A stretch of 64,000 nt of DNA, taken from positions 299,460,001 through 299,524,000 of the forward strand of contig NC_067402.1 of the NCBI RefSeq assembly GCF_016432865.1, given 5' to 3'. Each line of letters opens with the position of its first letter. Within the stretch, counting starts at the first letter, position 1. The DNA comes from Antechinus flavipes. Lineage: Eukaryota. Made by a program: the position numbers and the translations under genes. Of this stretch, positions 1 to 10,900 are shown piece after piece. Below the pieces are notes generated by a model. The model ran no database searches. It saw only the letters and a program-made list of their open reading frames with translations, and was not told where the DNA came from.

Positions 1-929
1 CCCTGTTCTCTGTTCTCAGTTTTGTGACCAAAGCCAACCAGCAGAAGGGGCTGGGGAGTGCTGACAGCCCTGGTCACGCAGCTTCCTAGGGTGCACATCC
101 CACCTGGAATGGCCATTCTCCCATTAAAAAAGAACCCTGGATTCTAGGGCAGGGGCATCTGTCAGGGATGTGAAGGGATGAATAAGAGAACAGGGAGGCT
201 CCCAACCCCACCTGTGCTCTCTCATCTCCCCGGGACAGACCCTGAGGAGGGGCTGGCCATCTGGACTGTATCTTCGGTAGCCCTACGTCCTCGGCTTCAG
301 GTCCCACTGGCCCCAGGGGTCTCCTATGCATGGAGGGAGGGGGGAAAGGGGGGGACCCACGGACAGGAAAGGAGTCTCTGAGGGATCCCAGCAGCCAAAA
401 AGAGAGAGAAGAGCGTGGCCGATCCAGCAGCTTTGCTTGTCAAACGACACGCTCCTTTCCAGAAAGTTTGCACCAAGGCACAGTAGCCCCGGCTGTCCAC
501 GGCCTGACATGGGAGTGAAACCGACTGCTTATCCAGCATCAAGGTCCAGGTCTCTAAAAGGGCAGCCCTGAAAGGGTTTTAGCTCCTTATTATTTTCCCC
601 TTCTTATGGGCTGGCATTCTGGAATGGACAATGTATGTACGTTTGTTAATTATTGACTTGATTTAAAAAGTAATAGAAAGATACTGAGTACCAGACCTTG
701 TGACTTGAGTCCCGTCTTTCATCTGTCTCCGTAACCTTATCTATTAAATACAAAAATTGAAAGCTCTTCATCTCTAAAATGTTATGATTCTTCATGTGTA
801 TTTACAAAATGTTATCTCTTAGTAATTAATGCAATGAGATACCATTTTTAGGGTGTGGATAAAGCATAGGAGTGAATAAAAACCTCTTCTAATTAGACTT
901 AAAATACCATCAAACATTTCTTAATACTT

Positions 930-1085
930 TGCATTTCTTCTTTTGATCTTGTGTTTGGTCAAGGTATTTAGGGTTAACTGACTTGTCCAGAGTAATACTA
1001 ATTAACAAGTATGTGTCATACTTGAACTCCGATCCTCCCGACTCCAGAGTTGATGCTTTATCCACTGCACCACCTAGCTGCCCCT
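930..1085 (-). mobile_element. Marsupial-type tRNA-derived SINE
   Basis: Reverse strand reads ggggcagctaggtggtgcagtggataaagc...ggagttcaag (A/B-box-like head) followed by an A-rich tail. Related copies lie near 19487, 47155, 50652 and 60215. Confidence 0.75.
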
Positions 1086-2089
1086 GAAACCCCCTCCCCC
1101 ATATTCTTTGACTAAAGAATAGGAAAAGAGTTATATGTAACTGGAAATGATTAAACAACAACAAAAAGAAATAAATATTGAAGAAAGGCTTTTTCATATA
1201 TTTCAGTTAAATTTTATATATCTTGGATATTAAACCTTATCACAGGTATTGAATAAAAAGATTTATCCCAATTGACTGCTTTCTTTCTTATCCTAGATTT
1301 CTTAATTTTTTTGGTGCTAAAGCTGCTTTTTGATATAGTTTAAGGTTGGAAGGTACCAGCATTCCCTCATTTTTAACCTCTCCCCCATCATTACACTTAA
1401 CATTTTAGATCTTTTATTTTTCCAGCTGAACTTTGTTATAATTTTGTTTCATTTTGTAGACTATCTCTTTGATAGCTTGATTACCATAGTACTAAATTTG
1501 TAAATAATGTCTGGTGGTATTTTTATTTTTATATTGATAGTCTGGCCTAGCCATGAACACTAAAGCAAGCCTTACTTCTGCCGTTTACATTTTTTAAATT
1601 TTCTTTAAAGAACATTTAGTAATATTTATACAGTAGATTGACTTTTAAATATTTTATACATTTCATAGTTATTTTGACTGGTATATTGTCTGCTATTAAT
1701 TTTTGTTATTTTTATATAGAAGTGATATTGATTTTTGTGTTTATTTTGCAACCTATTCCATTTGAAGAAGTATTATCTCAATTATTTTACTTGTTGATTG
1801 CATGAGACATTCTAAATAAATTATCATGTCGATAGCAAATAGAAATAGTATTGATTTCCTTTTGTCTAATTTTTATGACTTTTTTTTTAATACAAATGCT
1901 ATCCTCAGCAACTCTTAGAATTATGCAAAATAATACTGGGCAAAGGAGACAACTTTATTCTAGCTCTGTATTCTATTTATTCTGGAGAAAAGAAGGCTCA
2001 GACTGGAGGATGATATTTGGACTTTTAAAAATGTAGCCAGTATTTTCAGATGAAAAAATAGATGCTACTGATCATTTTAAGAAAACGTC

Positions 2090-3015
2090 ATTTATTCCAA
2101 TACTCTCTACTGTTTTTAATAGGAAAGAGTGTTGGATTTTATCAAATGCTTTTTCTCCATCTATTGAGGTAATTATATGCTAACAGTTTTCCTAATATTA
2201 AACCAGCCCTGCATTCCTGGTATAAATCCTACTTGGTCATGGTGTATTATCCTGGAAATGACTTACCGTAATCTTTTTGCTAACATTTTATTTGAGATTT
2301 TTGCATAGATATTCATTAGAGAAATTCACTGGTCTATAATGTCCTTTCTCTTTTTTCACCCTATCTGGTTTAGGTAACAACACCATATATGTGTCATAAA
2401 AGGAATCTGGTAGGACTCCTTCTTTCCTTATTTTTCCAAATAATTTGCATAATATTGAAATTCATCGTTCCTTAAATGAATTCCAGTGTAAATCCATCTG
2501 GCCCTGGAGATTTTTTCTTAGGGAGTTGATTAATAGCTAGCTCTATTTCTTTTTCTAAAATGGGACTGGTTAAGTAATTTATTTCCTCTTCTGTCAATCT
2601 GGGCAATCTCTATTATTGTAGATATTCCTCCATTTCACTTAGATTATCAAATTTAGTGACATACAGTTGGATAAAAAATCTGCTAATTATTGTTCTCATT
2701 TCCTCTTCATTGGTGGGAAGTTCTCCCTTTTCATTTTTGATAGTAACAATTTGATTTTCTTCTTTCCTTTTTTCTAATCAAATTCAATAAAGTTTCTCTA
2801 TTCTGTTAGCTTATTCATGAAACTAATTCTGAGTTTTATTTATTAATTCAATAGTTTTCTTATTTTCAGTTTTATCAATCTTCCCTTTCATTTTCAGAAT
2901 TTCAAATTTGGTATTTAACTGGAGATTATTAATGTTTTCTTTTCCTTCTTTTTTAGTTGGAAGCTCAATTCATTGATCTTCTCTTTATTTTATGCAAGTA
3001 AGCATCTAGAGATAC
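2090..3015 (-). mobile_element. L1 ORF2 fragment (degenerate)
   Basis: Typical antisense L1 RT-region sequence (aaaccagccctgcattcctggtataaatcctacttggtcatgg); no intact ORF. Ends are approximate. Confidence 0.7.
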
Positions 3016-3044
3016 AAAATCTCACCTCTTAATCTTATGATACT

Positions 3045-3269
3045 TGTTGGAATCTTTACAAACTGCTAACTCATTAGAGTTGATAGATTATTGATCTGAT
3101 TGGATCAATGATCTCATTGGAACAATTAGTAAAGGTGTGAACACAAGCATTGTATCAATTAGTTCTACTTAGTACCTTGTTTCAGGTTCTGGTCCAAAAC
3201 ATCTTCTTGTAAGATCAGATCAATAATCTATCAACTCTAATGAGTTAGCAGTTTGTAAAGATTCCAGCA
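3045..3269. mobile_element. 225-bp TG...CA element with 53-bp perfect inverted arms and 6-bp target-site duplication (fold-back LTR-end derivative)
   Basis: 3048-3100 is the exact reverse complement of 3214-3266. Termini are TG (3045) and CA (3269); GATACT is duplicated at 3039-3044 and 3270-3275. Confidence 0.75.
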
Positions 3270-6200
3270 GATACTTATGATGTATCAGAACTTATGTAGA
3301 ACATAGACAAGGCTTATATAGGATGCATAGACAGTTATGTACTTACTATTGTTAGAAGGAACTTCAAATAGAAGAGATCACTGATGAGGAAGCCACAGTG
3401 TATGTTGTATTTCTCAAGTTTTCCTTACTTCAATCCATCTGTTTACCCATCTTCATGCTTCTCTGAATTCTATATATTTACACCTTCTTATGACACAAAA
3501 GTACATCAGTATGTTCATGTACCCAATTTGTTTAAACATTTTCCAGCTGAAGAGCATTGGTTTTATTTCTTTTGCATCTACCTTTCCCTCCCTCAGTTCT
3601 TTCAATTTCATGCGTTGGGGTGGGGTCTCTGTGTCACAGACTATGGGCATTTGATGCCCTTTTCATAAATTAGAATACCAAATGACTTTTCCAAACAGTT
3701 GGACCAATACAAACCTACATATATTGTATCACTATGTCTCTAAATCTATAGCACCCCGAAAGAATATTTCCAACTTCTGGGGTCATCATAGCCAAATTAA
3801 TGGATGTAAAGTGTAACCCCAGAGTTGAGATTTTTCATTCCTAAAAGCATCTTAATAAAACATTTTCTGCCTGAGCAAATATGGCAAAAAAAACCTATTT
3901 CATCAGTTGCATGAAAGAGCTATTCATTTAGGAATGATGTGCAAGTTTCCTAACTCAGCAAAGATCTAGATTTAGAATTTTCCATGTCTTGCTGCCTCTC
4001 CAAACTACCACTCACAAGCAGAAGGCTTAGTGAAGTCATCTCATTTTTCAGTGCCACTCTTAAACTAAGGACCCAGCAAGAAGTGGCATTGAGGAGTGGG
4101 GTTCATCTTCAAGTCCCTCCTTGGCTGTTCAGATCCATAGGATCTTTAAAGGACGGAGAATTGGCAGAGACCCTAAGCCTAACCTAAATGCACTGAGACC
4201 CAGTTGGTTTAAATTACTTTATCAAGACCACACAGCTGCAGAATCAGAATTTCAACTCATGTCCTGATTCCAAATCTAGTGATCTTTTCATTCCACTGTA
4301 TTGTCTTTGAAGTAGGTGAGCAGATAAGCAGCAATTTTGTAAATTTGATTCAGTTCTATATTCTCTCTGTAAATGAGGTGAAGCCTTTATTTGAAAAACT
4401 TGGTATAAAAAGTTTTTAAGATTACTTTATTGTCTATGGTACTTCTTAGCAAAAGGTAATTTCCCTCTCTTTTTAAATGAGATCTATTTTTGTTTTCGTC
4501 TGGCTCATAATTGTTAAGCTTGTCTTTTTTGCTTCAGCCAAATAGATTTTACCTAGCTAGCCCCTCATTTTAACTCTGTGTCTTTCTGTTTTAAGAATGT
4601 CTTACCCAAAACATGTCGCTGGATTGTGGCTTCTAATCTGTTCTTCCATAGACTTCTGACTTGTTTTATGGATGAGTTCAGCCCCTTAATATTTATAGTT
4701 ATAATTACTATATTTACTTTCATCTCTTTTTTTCTCTCTTTTATAATGAGAGTTAGTTAAGGGTTAAGGAGAACTGGGCATATTTGTAGCCAGCAGGGAA
4801 GCCGTCGGTAATTAGGAAGAGAGAACAGGGATGACAAGCTTTCTGGGGAGAAGGCAGGAGGGGATGGCATGGAGGGTGCATAGAGAAGGGTTGGTCTAGA
4901 CAAGGAGAGGCATCTCTGCATTTGAGAATGGAATCAAGGATGGGAAAGGAGCAGATCATGGCAAGAGGTTGTGAGATGAGGAGGAAGGAAGAGAGAAGAG
5001 GGAATTCATAGCAAGTGTTTTCAGGTTTCTTGACACAGGACAAAGTTGAGGTTTCCACCTGTGATGATGGGAGAAGGGGATTCTTTTGGACACCTGGAGA
5101 GGAGAGAGAACCATAGCAGTATATAGTAGCTAAAAAGTGAAAGCAAAGTGGGTGCCCATCAAGGGGGAAATGTTAGAACCAATGATGGTCAAAGCATGGG
5201 ATGGAATATGATTATACTGTCAAAAAGAGCGGTTCTGAAGACTTCTGAAAAAGGCAGGAAGCCCTAGAGACTGACCCAGAGAATGAGGAACAGAAGCAGG
5301 GAAGTAAGTCAATGAATGTTGACTTCAATAATGCCAGTGCAGAGGCCATTGGACCAAACTTTTTCTCACTGGAACTGTGATTCTTGGTTGGGGAAATGGA
5401 GCCTGTAACTCCTTCCTCTGGACACAGTCTGGGGGACGGCAGGTACAGGAAGGTGAATGTCCTGTCAAAAATGGCTGGATCATTTGGTTGTGAGGAGAAG
5501 GGTGCCTATTGTATTGGGGGATGTAGTGAAAGAAATGTGATAGATAGAAAGCCAAAAGACATTAGAAATGTATATTTTTAAAAATTTAAGCAAAGACAAC
5601 TGGAATTTGGGGCTCTCTGCTCAGGAATTGGGTCTGGATCATCAAAACACCTGGTCCTTGATTTAGGTTGATGGGGCTCAAGGCCAAAAAGTGGTGGGGT
5701 GTGCTTAGTACCCTAAAGGAAGGACCGGACAAATCTTGTCCGGGAGTTCCAGGAAAGAAACCACCCAAAGAGGCTCGGCACAGGCAGGAAAACACCGTGA
5801 AAAAAAGTCTGCCTGAAGTTTAAGGAGATCAGAAAACAGAGAAGATTAAAGTGGGGAGGGACTGCGGACTCAGAGGCAGCCATGGCAGCAAGAAAAAAGG
5901 CGAGGTTGCCCAGCATCATTGTGGGGAAGGATGGAGGGAGGAATGAAATTTGGAGGTGGAAAAAAGAAGGAGGGGAGAGCAGGAGGATTTAAGGGTATAC
6001 AAGTGGGATTTGAAGTAGGGAGAGAATGCAAGTTATTTGAAGGGTTAAAGCCTGGCTTTTTCCCGTGGGCCTCGAGTTCTGAAGACTTTTGTGCGCACTA
6101 TCTTTGATCCAGAAGCACTGGCTCTTGGACGGACTATCAACCTTAGGTTGGAATCCTAGGGGGAAAATTACCTTGGCCCAGTCTACATTGGGGGGCTGGA

Positions 6201-6334
6201 GCCAATAACCCTTGTTGTATATATAGGGCTTCACCAAACTCCCAAGGGTAGGGTTTCCTGAGCTCCAAAAGCATTGCCACACGGGATCCTGAAAGCTCCA
6301 GCAAAGGTAGACTAAGGTTCCCAGGAGGCTCTCG

Positions 6335-6460
6335 TAGTGAGGGGTGGGGCTTCCCAAATTCCTTTGGGGTGGAGCTTCCAAAATGAGGAAAGTTCATCAT
6401 ATCCCAAAGGAGTGAGGGCGTGGTTCCCAGGAGCCTTTGTTGCCTAAGGGCGGAGTTCCT
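6335..6460 (+). promoter_or_regulatory. Putative TATA-less GC/GT-box promoter of Ras-like copy 1
   Basis: Cluster gaggggtggggc / ggggtggag / gggcgtgg / gggcggag at the same position in all five units, about 150-250 bp upstream of a conserved splice donor. CCAAT near 6203. Promoter function is inferred. Confidence 0.5.
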
Positions 6461-6593
6461 CAAATCATCCTCAAGACCTGGAGTTCCCGGTGGTCCCTGC
6501 AGTACGTAGGAGGAGGACCTCTACGTCTCAGTGCTTCTAACTTGTTCCATCCTTGCCAACTAGACCTGAAGGCGACCTGACAATTCTGAAAAG

Positions 6594-7382
6594 GTATGTA
6601 GAGACCGGCTGATCAGTTCATGTTAGCGCTGTCTCAGTTAACAGCAATGGGATGGGTGGCAATAGACCCTAAGTTAGTGCCATCTTGGACTGCATCAATG
6701 CGGGAGATATTGGTTCAGCTCGGCTCCTCGTGGGGCCGGATTAGTTCGGGCAGTGCCGCTGGGTCGCCTCCCCTCCCACCACTTGAGCTTCCCGAACCCT
6801 TACACTTTGGGTTGTATCATTGGCGGTTCAGATGGGGAAGCCCAGTTTGCAGCCAAGCCGGCCAAAGACTCTCGGCTGTTTGATGCAGGAGCTGCAGACC
6901 TGGCAGCCGCCCAAGCCGAACCCTTTGGGTTGCATTACTATGGAGGCGCATGGCCTGTAGAAATAGCACTATTCTTGCCTCCTAAGACCCTTCCAAATTG
7001 ACTCCGGGGTCTTCTGGGTCCCGGGGTGTGAGAAGGGCGGGAGTGAATCAGAGAATGTCTTGGAGAAGCTGGACAGAATGGGAGGGCCTGGAGCCCACGT
7101 GCTCTAATGAGTTTGGAATTGGTCAGAAGAACCAGGAGATTGAGATTCCAAGTATCTGAACTTCTGTTACTGGGAGGAGGATTGAACCTTGTTCAGGTGG
7201 GCCCCAGAGTGCTGAAAGGGGATGGGGAAAAGGATTGGCAAAGAAGCCCACTGAGGCTGGAGGATAAAGGAAAGTCTTCCTCCCAAGAGATGACCTCCTG
7301 TGTAATGGGCTGACTTCTTGCAGCCCTTCCTTGCAGCCTGGAAAGTAGACTAGAGACCAGAGACCACTTGAGCCCTTCCCAG
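6594..7382 (+). other. Predicted 5' UTR intron of copy 1
   Basis: Donor AAG|GTATGT at 6594 and acceptor cccttcccAG|ttctcATG at 7382. Both motifs are conserved in all five units while the sequence between them has many indels. Confidence 0.55.
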
Positions 7383-7387
7383 TTCTC

Positions 7388-8014
7388 ATGGCTTCTTGTG
7401 TCCATACCTCCATAGGTGATCCTGAGAGACACAGAACCAAGATGTATAAGTTGGTGGTGATGGGCACCTGTTATGTGGGCAAGAGTGCACTGACCATGCA
7501 GTTTATTAAGAATCATTTTGTGACCGAGTATGACCCTACAATGCAAGATACCTACTGTAAGCAAACAGTAGTGGATGAAAAGCCGTGCCAGTTGCGCATA
7601 GTGGATACTGCAGGCACTGAAGAGTATTACCCTCTGAGGAATCATTCCATGCTCTGGGGAGGGGGCTTCCTCTTGGTCTATGCAGTGAATGACCTCCACT
7701 CTTTTGAGAATGTGAATGTTTTCTGGGACATTCTGCAGAGGCTCAAGGGCACCAACCCTATACCCATGGTGTTGGTGGCCAACAAAGTTGATGTGACCGA
7801 CAGGCTGGTGGACCCCACACAGGGCCAGGAGGTGGCCAGGAGCTTAGGGGTCCCTTATGTGGAGACATCAGCCAAGACTGGACAAGGTGTGGAGCAAGCC
7901 TTCCATGAGCTAGTGGGTGAAATTCGTAGGATCCGAGCTGAGGAGGAGCTCAAGAGACTCTCTAATACTGAGGAGAAGGAGGCCTGTGGGTGCAAATATT
8001 GCACAATCCAGTGA
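7388..8014 (+). CDS. Ras-like small GTPase copy 1 (208 aa; HRAS/ERAS-like, single coding exon, CaaX CTIQ)
   Basis: G1 GTCYVGKS, G2 YDPTMQDTY, G3 DTAGT, G4 NKVD, G5 ETSAK; C-terminus CGCKYCTIQ; 18-aa N-terminal extension. Collinear with HRAS without indels in the G domain. Confidence 0.93.
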   Translation: MASCVHTSIGDPERHRTKMYKLVVMGTCYVGKSALTMQFIKNHFVTEYDPTMQDTYCKQTVVDEKPCQLRIVDTAGTEEYYPLRNHSMLWGGGFLLVYAVNDLHSFENVNVFWDILQRLKGTNPIPMVLVANKVDVTDRLVDPTQGQEVARSLGVPYVETSAKTGQGVEQAFHELVGEIRRIRAEEELKRLSNTEEKEACGCKYCTIQ

Positions 8015-8346
8015 GCAGGTACACCCTTACCCTGATCCTGCCCCCAATTCCCCTCTCACCTGACCACGAAAACCTCCAAATTCCTTAGCCACTCCCCAGC
8101 CTTCAAGATCTTCATCTGCCTTTTGCCTGTTCTTCACTGCCAAGTCCTTGGGGATCTTATTGGGATTTCTCCAGGACCCTCTTGGAGGGTTAGGATACCC
8201 AGTTAAAAGTATCAAGAATTCTAAAGCTACCTGTGTGGCTTTGGGCAGGGGGGAACCTTGAATAGGAAGAACAATTCATTTTAAAGGGACTTCATTCACA
8301 CCTGGATTCAAAGTTGATTATTTTTATTTTTCTAGGATCTCTTATA

Positions 8347-8352
8347 AATAAA
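8347..8352 (+). terminator. Poly(A) signal of copy 1
   Basis: AATAAA followed by GT-rich gttgttggtttgtaagtgtgtttc; position conserved in all units. Confidence 0.65.
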
Positions 8353-8859
8353 GTTGTTGGTTTGTAAGTGTGTTTCTGGTAGTTTCTCCTGGGTTGTATG
8401 CTTGGGGTAGAAATCACATGAGGGCATTATAGCCTAGTGGAGAGAAAGCTGGGTTTGGGAGTGAGGAAGGCATGGGTGTTTTAGTTGTGAGACCTTGGGC
8501 TTCTGTTTTCTCACCAGTAAGAAATGGGGGAGAAGGGGAGAGTTATTCTAGACTCTCAGGTCCCTTTTAACTTTACCACTGGGATAGGTCTAAGTCTATG
8601 AAGCTCAGGTTAATGAGATGACAGTGATCCCTAGAAATAGTCTTATGTATCATCTGGCCATCATGTATCATAATATTTATCTCTGAATCTCTCATCTCTA
8701 TAGTAACTAATCATATCTCTTATTGTCATCTATCATTTATTGGAGATCAGTTCTATACTATCTATTAGCTCTCATCTTTTTATATAATTTTCATTTCTGT
8801 CTCTCCACACTCTTCCCCCACCTCATTTTTAATTTAACATAATCAAAAATACTCAAATT

Positions 8860-10900
8860 GCATTTCATAATGTTCTCTAATTCTTATTTGTCCAAAATTT
8901 CCTCCCTTCTCCAAATATCTAACAATGTAGACTATGCTTTGCTCTTTTAATTTGCCCATAATACCATCCTTTATGTCTAAATAACGAACCCATTTTGACC
9001 TTATGTTGGTGTAGGGTGTTTGAAGTTGGTCAAAGCCTAAGTTCTGCCTTAGTATTTTCCAATTCTCCTAGCAATTTTTCGTCAGATAACGAGCTTATCC
9101 CAGAAATGGGCATCTTTGGGTTTAATCAAATACTTGATCACTTAATCAGTCATTGACCATTGTGTCTTATATACTTAATCTATTCCAATTATTCTCTACT
9201 CTTAGTACACCAAATAATTCTGAAGACTGCCTCTTAATAAAGATGGGATTAGGTGTGGGATGGCTAGTCCACCTTCCTTTTTAGCATCCATTTTACAAGA
9301 TTTTGGATTCCCAAGTTTTTCCCTCCTTCCTTCCTCTCCCCTCTTCGGAAGAAGGGATGTAGTTTGATCTAGTTTATATGTGACCTATCATGTAAGACAA
9401 GATTCAACATCAGTCACAGTGTGAAACATCAAAAGGAAAAAGTGAAAAAAGAAAAAAAAGTGCTTCCATCTGCATCAGAGTCTGTCAGTTCCTTATCTGG
9501 ATATGGCTAGCATTTTCTTTCATGAGTTCTTTGCACTTGTCTAAGATCATTTTGTGGCTGAGAAGAGCAGAGTTTCTCATAGTTGATCATCATACAATGT
9601 TGCTGATGCTGTGCACAGTGTTTTCCTGGTTCTTCTCATTTCACTTTGTATCAGTTTGTACAAGTCTTTCCAGGTTTTTCTGAAATCTGCCTGTTCATTT
9701 CTTAGTGCACAATAATATTCCTTTATATTCCTATACCACAACTTATTCAGCCATTCCCCAATCGATGGGCTTCCCCTTAATTTCCAATATTTTGCCACCC
9801 CACAAAGGACTGATATAAATATTTTTGCATATCATATATATTTATGTATTTCTGTCCTTTCCTTTTTGTGTGATCTCTTGGGGATACAGACCTATCAGTG
9901 GTATTTCTGAGTCAAAGCGTACGCACAATTTTGTTGTCCTTTGGGCATATTTCCAAGTAACTCTGAGAATGGTTGGATCAGTTCAGGACTCCAACAATAC
10001 ATTAGGTGTTTCAATTTCCCCCATCATTTATCACTTTTTTGTATATCATATTGGGCCAATCTGATAGGTGTGAAGTGATATCTCAGAGTTGTTTTAATTT
10101 ATATTTAACTTCTTTTAAAACACTTCTTCATATGTCTAGAGATTGCTTTGACAGTTTCATTTGACAGCTACCTGCTCATATTCTTTGATTGGAGAATGAT
10201 TTTTATTTGGCTCATATTTCACCAAAGACACTTTTTTTGGAGGTACTTATTGTAAAGATTGTTTTCTGCTTTCTGCTTTCCTTCTAGTCTTAGTATCATT
10301 TGGTTTGGTTTGTGTAAAAGCTTTTCAAATTTAATTTAATCAAGATGATCTATTTTGCGTTTTGTAGTGTTCTCTCTATTTGATCAAAAATATTTCCTCT
10401 TCCCCTAAGTTTGATAGACTATTTTTTGCTCTTCTAATTTGCTTATCATCCCCTTTTATCTCTAAATCACGTAGCTCTTCAGCCTTATCTTGGTATAAAT
10501 TAAGACATACTGCTCTATACATACTTTGTGTCCAATGCCCCTCCCCACTCACCCTCCCCAGTTTTCCCAGTTTTGTCAAATAGTGAGTTCTTATCCCAGA
10601 AGAGTTTGGGTTTATCAAACAGTAGATTACTATAGTCTTTAGCTATTATACCTTATGTACCTAATTTCTTTCACTGATTCACTATTTCTTGGCCAGTACT
10701 AGATGGTTTTGATAGTTACTGCTTTATAATATAGTTTGAGATGTGATATTGCTAGACTACCTTCCTTTGTTATTTTGTCCCCTTTATTTTCCTTGATATT
10801 CTTAACCTTTTTTCTTCCAGATGAATTTTTTAAAAAAACTTTTCTTAGATATTTTTGATAGTTTGATGGACATGGCACTGAATAAGTAAATCAAATAAAA
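8860..10900 (-). mobile_element. L1 ORF2/3' fragments shared by array units
   Basis: Antisense ORF 9577-9798 (KYWKLRGSPSIGEWLNKLWY) matches the L1 ORF2 C-terminus. Homologous blocks at about 26920-28040 and 61240-63740. Confidence 0.7.

Noticed and set aside
1-600. GC-richer start of the window as a possible exon (DPEEGLAIWTVSS)
   Set aside because: No recognisable homology and no convincing donor; insufficient support.
7193-7699. Minus-strand ORFs overlapping each Ras gene (also 24476-24964, 35902-36222, 45633-46154, 58780-58965)
   Set aside because: Antisense shadows of the coding sequence with inconsistent ends and no recognisable domain.
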